Shown here piece after piece: positions 19,601-25,421 of a stretch of 59,232 nt of DNA. The notes beneath the pieces are model-generated. The model did not search any database and was not told where the DNA came from. It was given only the letters and a program-made list of their open reading frames with translations. Position 1 is the first letter of the stretch; every line of letters starts with the position of its first letter. The position numbers and the translations under genes are program-made. Origin of the DNA: Candidatus Omnitrophota bacterium (lineage in GTDB: Bacteria > Omnitrophota > Gorgyraeia > Zapsychrales > Fredricksoniimonadaceae). The DNA is taken from assembly GCA_002753465.1 (NCBI GenBank), contig PEAF01000006.1, positions 1-59,232 of the forward strand. Direction: 5' to 3'.

Positions 19601-20586
19601 ATGCCGGTGATCAGGCTTTTCTGGAAGCTAACCGTGAGGCGATCATCAATGCCGTCAGTATTAATGATTACGCACTGGATAAAGGGTCCAGGGCGGGGGT
19701 TATTCTCTATGATGTTCTTGTGGCGATGGGAGAGGATGTTAAAGCCCATGGCTTTGATGAAGAAAAGATGATGGCCGTCGTTGAGGATGCGCTTGTCTTT
19801 GCCAATCAGAACGCTGACCTTGAAGAGGCTGCCTTGTTCGCACGCGCCGGATCATTGTATGCGGGGCAGAGTGCCGCGGTGGTTGATTATTTTTTGAAAG
19901 GCGTGGTCCGTTTCCTGAAAGCTTCGCAGGTCTTTAACAAGATGATGGCCGCTTCAGATGGCCATCTTAATGACCGGCAGATCGTTCCCGGGCAGATGCG
20001 TATCTTGGACAGGGTGCTTTTTTGTTATGTGCGCGATCATGATGCTGAGCTCGACAATACGGACATTGCCCGTATCATTTCATCCAGTCCTCACTACCGG
20101 AAAATGTTAGACGGTGTGCTGGCGATCGCCACGACCAATCCGGTTCCCGGTCAGGCGGGTGACAGGCGGTTCAAGATCCGCGCCCTGGACACCCTGGACC
20201 TTTCCCCCGAGTTTTGGAATGAGCTGGGCAAGGCAACGGTAGCGTATGGGACCCACCCGGGTGGCCGTTCCATGGGTGGCGGTCTCGGGAAAGAGGCGTT
20301 GAAGGATCTTTTGCCGTTAGATGTGGCCAAGATCGCGGTGTCGATCAGTTCTCTGGTTGAAAAGCACGCCCGTATCCAGGATGATTCGCTTAAGGCCAAG
20401 GGTGGTATTGATCTTGGTGATGGACATTTAAATATGATCATCAGACGGGATAGCAACAATATCCCGTTGCCGGTGGCGCAGCAGGGCATCGAGCGCTTTA
20501 AGATCGATGGCCTTGTACCTGAGATCCTGGACATACGCCCCGCGGCATCACTGCCTCTTTTTAGCCAGTCTTCGTCGGCACGTTAA
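13609..20586 (+). CDS. Giant (2325 aa) secreted modular protein of unknown function
   Basis: Uninterrupted ORF with a signal-like N-terminus MVVFRLSVKRLVSVWVLCAFMFTQAMPGYAQG. It has three internal ~450-480-aa modules and a distinct ~545-aa C-terminal domain. No family recognised. Confidence 0.85.
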   Translation: MVVFRLSVKRLVSVWVLCAFMFTQAMPGYAQGIPTAAAVAGFTPVQLTGIVIDPKDPFHFDFIIDRGQDQLPDAARKDIYTSQVKYFLAALAIPDKDQWVNLSPYEQDRIIPDNFGLTLMGRDLLSQDYLLKQIASKMTSPQTSLGKDFWDKVYAAAHEKFGTTDIPTDVFNKVWIIPESAVLYEKDGAVYVQEHHLKVLLDSDYLALNKSRVAAGTSSAAQEMIKDVMREVVIPVLEKEVNEGRDFAPLRQVYSGMLLAVWYKRTLQGSLLNQVYTDRARVRGIDQDPQANKEIYARYVEAFRQGAFNLIKEDVDQFTREVIPRRYFSGGLMNADAAMFEAGKVQHVPRLAADALRNQEAVSVRLVEPGKNVKVFQATARGMLAKAVGDLAPGDPWGSARMLLDQVKLDMPAEILAYQQEMSGDAVPAKWASLLAGYQEKGQKKKLVLKKIGEKAGIVGNTLYYPFAGGDTDEPFSMSANIRHVMAMGQEPFGSVAQIKEFFMKVGYADRFGDRNRDGYDHGDRLSKLNAVAGLAMARIIVTLKARVVGIKYFDIEQNGDVRFKDLVQGDVPSAKNAVIVFQDRDGQIKTFWYCQYNVTMFAKDIVRPDPFRRMVNRMKFQTLLIKAAQSFLFEGIIGLNTAVVVGEPARRNDALVLTDSRLDHKMEPIAFRDIPQPVFSVKPSSISWLGWSRVGYGGSVYYGRARAILADVWNAPLQVWKARPYVPDIVIDNVDDVKYEPSKLMDGVLFTELKDRHYEVKSDAVRINTEDGNEIEIVRQGAVRWTMRNVVDIEVSPRDKVARIYYDENNEWREARLDLNTGAFTSQSLWDSLAQVDMAQTRERTAGDPLQRAREFLKAQRLDMPRELEKWQAMLRQAPADSVLGKELAVLRRENEVKTDALVEAGQEINGQIKAGGVLPNDLTGEVGYYPFGGSDFDEPARLAGQWKDLIVMGQEPFGSRGIINLFFVKGNRIVNTPGRGFNVNDVREQFGFKKKSFDEHENLKKLKYVGVRALGRIITYLEGEVVGIKYFDLDREGNVNFVESGSSQARTNAVVVFKDKDGQERRCWYFQHSLEARVSAISEQVPFRAFINRASFQFMIIKAAQSDLFEGILGLNTYTVVGRPAKRNNALVLADQRTAHPTYGRDYGIVVDQQPVFKDVPRKYVFGGVPYGYGYKLFYAPVSALATPFTAPSDVVGYAPYAPDIKMEYAGSVDENAPRVLQGVTISRDGDYYSIRKGNVRLETKPRNTLVYAVDGKEVVLSGVSDVHVYMSKSLVLVYYFADGAWREGQLSLLDGVFKTKMLQAARIAAGEDAAQADDVPSRQAWDPLKRAQEALKEQSLTMSAGLSQWQAIVRDPAGPLASTIRQIRKDNRVYAAKLHQAGHKMHMPDGVIYYPFGGMDAADPFMMSAGITDVVSMGHEDFGSLKQIDQFFRTGHARAVSDGLRNPGGFMFDHLGGREGSFDSVANYWDPRRAKGWKGFGQTAVARILTLLEGRIEGVQYFVLDPKGDIQFVDAGSKKAGVNAVVVFYDKNGNEKRFWYMRHYVGSQIVDVPRTPFELFIRKASFQTLLIKAAQSWLFEGVQGLNVQAIVHEPARRNGAMVITDINIPDDPFGFGTGAPQPVFARVPQSLDMGGRYRFGYGKHIFFALADKLTRPQDDPFYTIGRRLYRPAFVADGDRQVIWRHYHKFFGDVAVEGTDESFVIHAGTVQLSITGDNRVVFRENNEVRKAWALVTDVQLDSRGESVLIYYFDKESGWHESRLDLKAGTWMTKALDFKGMMLAEEDALRNVSPGDENVAADVPGLDADTRARLEVLFSDFSKPLGDMQRELRAIFPQGGISLTKDGFHFNRDRMPAPDEVLGMAMRYFQGYNMGNRVFTVADFNTEERELARQNIVNDETPSEISSKSYQDLELREKDQIFEALARRVQSGRMLHVDHHYGYHVLAQASTAAMLLDFVRYLHAHGKQDTLGRLKDTFIFSDHSDVDIMLANFVLRHAGDQAFLEANREAIINAVSINDYALDKGSRAGVILYDVLVAMGEDVKAHGFDEEKMMAVVEDALVFANQNADLEEAALFARAGSLYAGQSAAVVDYFLKGVVRFLKASQVFNKMMAASDGHLNDRQIVPGQMRILDRVLFCYVRDHDAELDNTDIARIISSSPHYRKMLDGVLAIATTNPVPGQAGDRRFKIRALDTLDLSPEFWNELGKATVAYGTHPGGRSMGGGLGKEALKDLLPLDVAKIAVSISSLVEKHARIQDDSLKAKGGIDLGDGHLNMIIRRDSNNIPLPVAQQGIERFKIDGLVPEILDIRPAASLPLFSQSSSAR
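14791..16152 (+). repeat. Giant-protein tandem module 1 (454 aa)
   Basis: Collinear motifs DPWGSARMLLDQVKLDMP, YYPFAGGDTDEP, MGQEPFGS, VVGIKYFD, NAVIVFQDRDG, LLIKAAQSFLFEGIIGLN, EPARRNDALVLTD, IYYDENNEWREARLDL. Confidence 0.7.
16153..17592 (+). repeat. Giant-protein tandem module 2 (480 aa)
   Basis: DPLQRAREFLKAQRLDMP, YYPFGGSDFDEP, MGQEPFGS, VVGIKYFD, NAVVVFKDKDG, MIIKAAQSDLFEGILGLN, RPAKRNNALVLAD, VYYFADGAWREGQLSL. Confidence 0.7.
17593..18948 (+). repeat. Giant-protein tandem module 3 (452 aa)
   Basis: DPLKRAQEALKEQSLTMS, YYPFGGMDAADP, MGHEDFGS, IEGVQYFV, NAVVVFYDKNG, LLIKAAQSWLFEGVQGLN, EPARRNGAMVITD, IYYFDKESGWHESRLDL. Confidence 0.7.
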
Positions 20587-20610
20587 AGCTGTTTAAATAT
20601 TATTAAAATA

Positions 20611-20619
20611 TGATATTAT
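20611..20619 (+). promoter_or_regulatory. Extended -10 box (TGaTATTAT) ending 7 nt before ATG 20627 (leaderless candidate)
   Basis: TGATATTAT at 20611-20619, then ATCGCCC and ATG; no Shine-Dalgarno. Confidence 0.3.
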
Positions 20620-20626
20620 ATCGCCC

Positions 20627-20839
20627 ATGGTTGAGATCGTTTGCCCCTCTTGCAAGAATCCGACTTATGACGAAGACGCGCTATTGTGCCATTTTTGCGG
20701 CGGCAGTTTGCGGCGTAACAGTACGGGTGGCGTTTTGGGGAAGATGCGCGGCGCCGGGGCCAGGTGGATCTGGATCAGCGTTGGTGTTGTTCTGGCCGTG
20801 ATGACGATAATCACAATGTTCCTGCAGAAAGGGTTTTAA
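20627..20839 (+). CDS. Small zinc-ribbon protein with a C-terminal transmembrane helix
   Basis: CPSCKN...CHFCGG followed by WIWISVGVVLAVMTIITMFL. The stop overlaps the next ATG (TAATG). Confidence 0.55.
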   Translation: MVEIVCPSCKNPTYDEDALLCHFCGGSLRRNSTGGVLGKMRGAGARWIWISVGVVLAVMTIITMFLQKGF

Positions 20840-21384
20840 TGGCTTATAAATTGCACCCTGTGAACGCGAAAAAGGATATACCCGCCAAATACAAAGGAAC
20901 GCCGATCGGCGACCTTCTGGAATATCATAATTTAGACCGTTCATTCGAGACGTATGCGCAGGCCAAGCTTTTGATCGGGATGTGCATGGATAATCGCAAG
21001 CATTTGCACATGCCGGATAATTTCGCCTTTATCATCCGTTCTGGCGGGGCTAATTTGCGTTACAGTGAATTCAAGGTGTCGTTTGCCATCGCCATCGGCG
21101 GGGTGCGTCATATTGCGGTCATTGCCCATACCAATTGCGGCATGGTCAATATTGCGGCGCGTGAGAAAGAATTCGTGAAAGGGCTGGTTGAAGGCGCTGG
21201 CTGGACCAAGGCGCGGGCTGAAGAGCATTTTATGAACCTGGCGCTTGTGCATGAGATCGAGAATGAGATCGAATTTGTTTACAGCGAGACGCAGCGTCTT
21301 CGCAAGCGCTATCCCAAGGTTGTTGTGGCGCCGCTTTATTATAAAATTCAGGATAATCGGCTGTATTGTATTGAGTCAAAATAA
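20839..21384 (+). CDS. Beta-class carbonic anhydrase-like protein
   Basis: Zinc-ligand motifs CMDNR and HTNCGM at beta-CA-like spacing. The start was trimmed to ATG 20839 (MAYKLHP...) from the track's 20764. Confidence 0.65.
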   Translation: MAYKLHPVNAKKDIPAKYKGTPIGDLLEYHNLDRSFETYAQAKLLIGMCMDNRKHLHMPDNFAFIIRSGGANLRYSEFKVSFAIAIGGVRHIAVIAHTNCGMVNIAAREKEFVKGLVEGAGWTKARAEEHFMNLALVHEIENEIEFVYSETQRLRKRYPKVVVAPLYYKIQDNRLYCIESK

Positions 21385-21390
21385 TTGAGG

Positions 21391-21522
21391 CCTTTGCTTT
21401 CTTAGGCCTCTGGCACGCCTGGCTGCTCAGACAGTGGAAACAGCTTTTTCTGAAAAAGGAATTATGGAAAGCTTGGTTTCCAAACTCGCAGCTGCGGCAT
21501 GCCTTCGGCCTTGAAGCAAAGG
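21391..21522. repeat. Family-A hairpin element, copy 2
   Basis: Outer stem CCTTTGCTT (21391-21399) / AAGCAAAGG (21514-21522). Invariant core blocks at 21425-21449 and 21467-21489. Begins 7 nt after the 21384 stop. Confidence 0.6.
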
Positions 21523-21558
21523 ACAACAGGATTAATTTAAATTACAGGGAATATTTTT

Positions 21559-24033
21559 ATGCCGTACACCACCAATGATATCAGGCGCGTTGAAGAAAAA
21601 TGGCAGTCCTACTGGGAGACACATAAGATCTTCAAGGCCGAGATGAATGAAAAGAAGCAGAAGTACTATGTGCTCGAGATGTTCCCTTATCCATCCGGCA
21701 AGATCCACATGGGCCATGTACGCAATTACACGATCGCGGATGTGATCGCCCGTTACAAGATGATGCGCGGGTTCAATGTGCTGCATCCGATGGGTTATGA
21801 CGCTTTCGGTCAGCCGGCCGAGAATGCGGCCATTAAGCGTGGCGTTTCTCCGTCGGAATGGACCTATAAATGCATTGATGATATGCGTATCGGCCTGAAG
21901 AAAATGGGCTTTTCCTACGATTGGGACCGTGAGTTGGCGACGTGCGATACGTCCTATTATACGTGGAATCAGTGGATATTCCTGAAAATGGCCGAGCGCG
22001 GGCTGGCATACAAGAAGGCCTCGCCGGTCAATTGGTGCCCTTCATGCGCGACCACATTGGCGAATGAAGAGGTCATTGACGGGGCGTGCTGGCGTTGCAA
22101 GAACCAGGTTGAGCAGAAGGATCTGGACCAATGGTATCTGAAGATCACGCATTACGCTGATGAACTTTTAGAGGATCTTAAGAAGCTGAATAACTGGCCG
22201 TCGCGCGTGGTGGCCATGCAGGAGAATTGGATCGGCAAGAGTTTCGGCGCTGATATATATTTTAAAGTTAAGGGTTCCGATGCCATGATCACCGTATTTA
22301 CGACACGGCCGGACACTATTTTCGGTGCGACTTATGTGACGCTTGCGCCGGAGCATCCCATGGTCCGTAAGTTGGCCAAGGGCACGGCGCAGGAAGCGGC
22401 CGTCGAAGCTTTTATTAAGAAATCGATTAACGTATCTAAGTCGCCGCGCATGTCGGGTGAAGAGCGTAAAGAGGGTGTTTTTACGGGCGGCTATGCGGTC
22501 AATCCCGTTAATGGTGAGACCATCCCTGTCTGGACGGGTGACTATGTGCTGATGGGTTATGGTACGGGTGCCATTATGGCTGTGCCGACGCACGATCAGC
22601 GTGATTTTGAATTCGCCCGTGAACATAAATTGCCGATGCGTATCGTCATACAAGATCCGGCGAATAAAGATATTACTCCCGAACAGATGACGCAGGCTTA
22701 TGTGGATGAAGGTCTTCTTGTCAACTCCGCTCATTTCGACGGTACCCCTAATGAAGAAGCGAAGCAGAAGATCGCACAGTGGATGGAAAAAGGTCACATG
22801 GGGCGCGTGAGCGTTCACTGGCGTCTGCGCGACTGGCTTATTTCCCGGCAGCGTTATTGGGGTACGCCTATCCCGATGATCTATTGCACGGGCTGCGGCA
22901 TTGTACCGGTGCCGTATGCCGATCTTCCGATCAAATTGCCAGAGAATGCGCCCATCACGGGCGAAGGCGGCAGCCCTCTGGCCAAGGTGCCGGAGTTCGT
23001 GAATGTGAAATGCCCGAATTGCGGCGGTGAAGCTCGTCGCGAGACAGATACCATGGCCACGTTCTTTGATTCATCATGGTATTTCCTGCGTTATTGCTCG
23101 GCGAGGAATGATCGCGAGATCTTTGATGCCAAAGAAGCTAAGTACTGGATGCCGGTCGATCAGTACATCGGTGGTATTGAGCACGCGATCTTGCATTTAC
23201 TGTATTCACGCTTCTTTACTAAATTCCTTAAGGATATCGGCATGGTCGATGTTCCCGAGCCTTTTGACCGGCTGCTCACGCAGGGCATGGTCCTGAAGGA
23301 TGGCGAGGTCATGTCCAAGTCCAAGGGCAATGTGGTCGACCCTGATGAAGTTATTGCGAAGTTCGGCGCGGATACGCTGCGCATGTTCATCTTGTTCGCC
23401 GCGCCGCCCGAAGATCAGCTGGAATGGAATCCAGCGGGGCTTGAAGGCAACTGGCGTTTCATTAACCGTGTCTGGAATTCAGTCGAGACGCGTTATGCGA
23501 AGGGTGCTGTCGCGGGCGCCGTGCTGGATGCTCAGGACAAAAAGTTAGAATTTGAACGTCATGGCGCGGTCAAGAAAGTAACGGATAGCATGGAGGGCGG
23601 ATTTAAGTTCAACACGGCTATTTCAGGCGTCATGGTCCTTGTGAATGCCGTCGATAAATATAAGGTCACGGTGGGCAATGCGCATCAACAGGCGATGTAC
23701 AATCGTGCGATCGAAACGGCTGTTCAGCTTTTGGCACCCTTCATTCCGCATGCGGCTGAAGAGCTCTGGCAGATGATGGGTAAGACCGACCGTACTGTCG
23801 CAGGAGTGGCCTGGCCGACCTATGACGAGGCGGCGCTTAAGACGGATACGGTCAAGATGGTGGCGCAGGTCAACGGCAAGGTGCGCGCTGAATTTGAAGT
23901 GCCGTGTGATGCGGATGAGGCTTATTTGCGCCCGATCGTGCTGGCGGATGAGAGTGTTCAGCGCCATATCGCCGGCAAAGAGATCAAGAAATTCATCGTT
24001 GTTAAAAATAAGCTTGTGAGTATTGTCATCTGA
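21559..24033 (+). CDS. leuS: Leucine--tRNA ligase
   Basis: Class I motifs [11 protein letters not shown] (HIGH) and VMSKSKGN (KMSKS); full-length bacterial LeuS architecture. Confidence 0.97.
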   Translation: MPYTTNDIRRVEEKWQSYWETHKIFKAEMNEKKQKYYVLEMFPYPSGKIHMGHVRNYTIADVIARYKMMRGFNVLHPMGYDAFGQPAENAAIKRGVSPSEWTYKCIDDMRIGLKKMGFSYDWDRELATCDTSYYTWNQWIFLKMAERGLAYKKASPVNWCPSCATTLANEEVIDGACWRCKNQVEQKDLDQWYLKITHYADELLEDLKKLNNWPSRVVAMQENWIGKSFGADIYFKVKGSDAMITVFTTRPDTIFGATYVTLAPEHPMVRKLAKGTAQEAAVEAFIKKSINVSKSPRMSGEERKEGVFTGGYAVNPVNGETIPVWTGDYVLMGYGTGAIMAVPTHDQRDFEFAREHKLPMRIVIQDPANKDITPEQMTQAYVDEGLLVNSAHFDGTPNEEAKQKIAQWMEKGHMGRVSVHWRLRDWLISRQRYWGTPIPMIYCTGCGIVPVPYADLPIKLPENAPITGEGGSPLAKVPEFVNVKCPNCGGEARRETDTMATFFDSSWYFLRYCSARNDREIFDAKEAKYWMPVDQYIGGIEHAILHLLYSRFFTKFLKDIGMVDVPEPFDRLLTQGMVLKDGEVMSKSKGNVVDPDEVIAKFGADTLRMFILFAAPPEDQLEWNPAGLEGNWRFINRVWNSVETRYAKGAVAGAVLDAQDKKLEFERHGAVKKVTDSMEGGFKFNTAISGVMVLVNAVDKYKVTVGNAHQQAMYNRAIETAVQLLAPFIPHAAEELWQMMGKTDRTVAGVAWPTYDEAALKTDTVKMVAQVNGKVRAEFEVPCDADEAYLRPIVLADESVQRHIAGKEIKKFIVVKNKLVSIVI

Positions 24034-24052
24034 TCGAGCTGTTAATTGGATG

Positions 24053-24186
24053 TTTCCCTGGTTTTCAAGGCCTCAGGATGCCTGGCTGCTCAGACAGTGG
24101 AAACAGCTTTTTCTAAAAAGGGATTATGGAAAGCTTGGTTTCCAAACTCGCAGCTGCGGCATGCCCTCAGCCTTGAACCAGGGAAA
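24053..24186. repeat. Family-A hairpin element, copy 3
   Basis: Outer stem TTTCCCTGGTT (24053-24063) / AACCAGGGAAA (24176-24186). Invariant core blocks at 24088-24112 and 24129-24151. Begins 20 nt after the leuS stop. Confidence 0.6.
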
Positions 24187-24193
24187 GATTGTT

Positions 24194-24373
24194 AAATGTA
24201 CGCGGTTTTGCTTAGGGCCTGATACAGCTTCTAAAGCCGACGTAGCTCGGCCGAACGGGCATGGATTTGGCCGAAGGCCAAAGAGTGAGGACGAGCTCAG
24301 AGTGCAGCCGGCCTCGCAGGGGCCGGCAAACGATCGGCGTAGAAGCGTATTAGGCCCTAAGAGCAAAACATTT
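24194..24373. other. Multi-stem structured element E (closing helix plus at least three internal hairpins)
   Basis: Closing stem AAATGT..GTTTTGCTTAGGGCCT (24194-24220) / AGGCCCTAAGAGCAAAACATTT (24352-24373). Internal hairpins TTGGCC-GAA-GGCCAA (24267-24282) and GCCGGCC-TCGCAGG-GGCCGGC (24308-24328). Further pairs GATACAGCTTCT/AGAAGCGTAT and AGCTC/GAGCT. Confidence 0.45.
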
Positions 24374-24392
24374 GTTAAAATAGGATGGTGTA

Positions 24393-25100
24393 ATGACATT
24401 ACGTGAGATCGCCCGATTGATCGATCACGCTCTTCTGCATCCTGCCATGACGGATGATGAGATCGTGCGCGGCTGTGAGCTGGCCCGTCAGTATGAAGTC
24501 AAGGCCGTTTGTGTTAAGCCCTACGCTATTCCTGTGGCCAAAGAGATCCTTAAGAATTGCCCGGTCGCTATTTGTGCGGTGGTTGGGTTTCCGCATGGCA
24601 GTAGTTCTGCCGGGGCCAAGTTGCGTGAGTGCCAGGATGCGCTGAGTGCCGGTGCCAACGAGATCGACGTCGTCATCAATATAGGTAAGGCGATCAGTGG
24701 CGCGTATGATTATGTGAAAGAGGAGCTGCGTCCGCTCAATCGTGTTTGTGCCCGTACGGCATCGCCTTTAAAAGTTATATTTGAGAATGACTTTTTAAAT
24801 GACGCGCAGATCATTGAATTATGCAAGGTTTGCAATGACGTGAATGTGGCTTTCGTTAAGACGTCAACGGGATTTGGTTTTGTTAAGCAGCCTGGCGGCG
24901 ATTACAATTATAAAGGCGCGACCGAGCATCAAGTGAGGCTTATGCGTCAGCACACGGCATTGCATATCGGCATTAAGGCGTCGGGTGGTATCCGTACGCT
25001 GGATGACGTGTTGAAATTCAAGGCGCTGGGTTGTATGCGCTTCGGCACGAGCGCAACTTTTGGAATATTGGAAGAAGCGAAAAAGAGAGGCTATGTATGA
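24393..25100 (+). CDS. deoC: Deoxyribose-phosphate aldolase
   Basis: DeoC-like sequence with the Schiff-base lysine context FVKTSTGF and the IDHALL N-terminal motif. Confidence 0.9.
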   Translation: MTLREIARLIDHALLHPAMTDDEIVRGCELARQYEVKAVCVKPYAIPVAKEILKNCPVAICAVVGFPHGSSSAGAKLRECQDALSAGANEIDVVINIGKAISGAYDYVKEELRPLNRVCARTASPLKVIFENDFLNDAQIIELCKVCNDVNVAFVKTSTGFGFVKQPGGDYNYKGATEHQVRLMRQHTALHIGIKASGGIRTLDDVLKFKALGCMRFGTSATFGILEEAKKRGYV

Positions 25101-25420
25101 AGAATTTAGGGGTCGCGTTCGTTTTCGTTGTGGGTATTTGTTCGGCGGCTACGGCGTCACAGTTCCCGCCTCAGCCGGTCTGTTTAGGACAGTTCAGGGT
25201 TGTTTCTTGCGTTAAATATGGCGAGTGCACATTGGCGGCTGTAACAGATCCGTTGCTGGTGGATATCGGTATGGCCGGCGCCGGATGTGGGTTCAAGCAG
25301 AAGGACCAACTGCAGCCAGTCTTCGTCAAGGCATCTGAGGGCGAGTTGCTGGAAGGTACCGTTCAGTGGGGCGGCGATGAGTGGGCCCTGGGATATACGT
25401 TCGTTCCCCGCTCCAAATAA
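25097..25420 (+). CDS. Small secreted protein (107 aa), unknown function
   Basis: Signal peptide MKNLGVAFVFVVGICSAATASQ. The ATG overlaps the deoC stop (ATGA). Trimmed from the track's 25031. Confidence 0.5.
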   Translation: MKNLGVAFVFVVGICSAATASQFPPQPVCLGQFRVVSCVKYGECTLAAVTDPLLVDIGMAGAGCGFKQKDQLQPVFVKASEGELLEGTVQWGGDEWALGYTFVPRSK

Positions 25421-25421
25421 G

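Noticed and set aside
24023-24406. ORFs of 127 aa (+) and 91 aa (-) in the leuS-deoC spacer
   Set aside because: They lie entirely over the two hairpin elements (family-A copy 3 and element E). The family-A core is conserved at the nucleotide level in three different reading contexts, which does not fit a coding sequence.
25287-25421. N-terminal extensions implied by the ORF track (25287, 25031, 20764, 30327, 35171, 42946, 45669, 45919, 48592, 50867, 55213)
   Set aside because: The extensions overlap the preceding gene or use GTG/TTG codons. In each case an internal ATG coincides with a signal peptide, a conserved family N-terminus or a stop-start overlap, so the starts were trimmed. The trimmed starts remain predictions.
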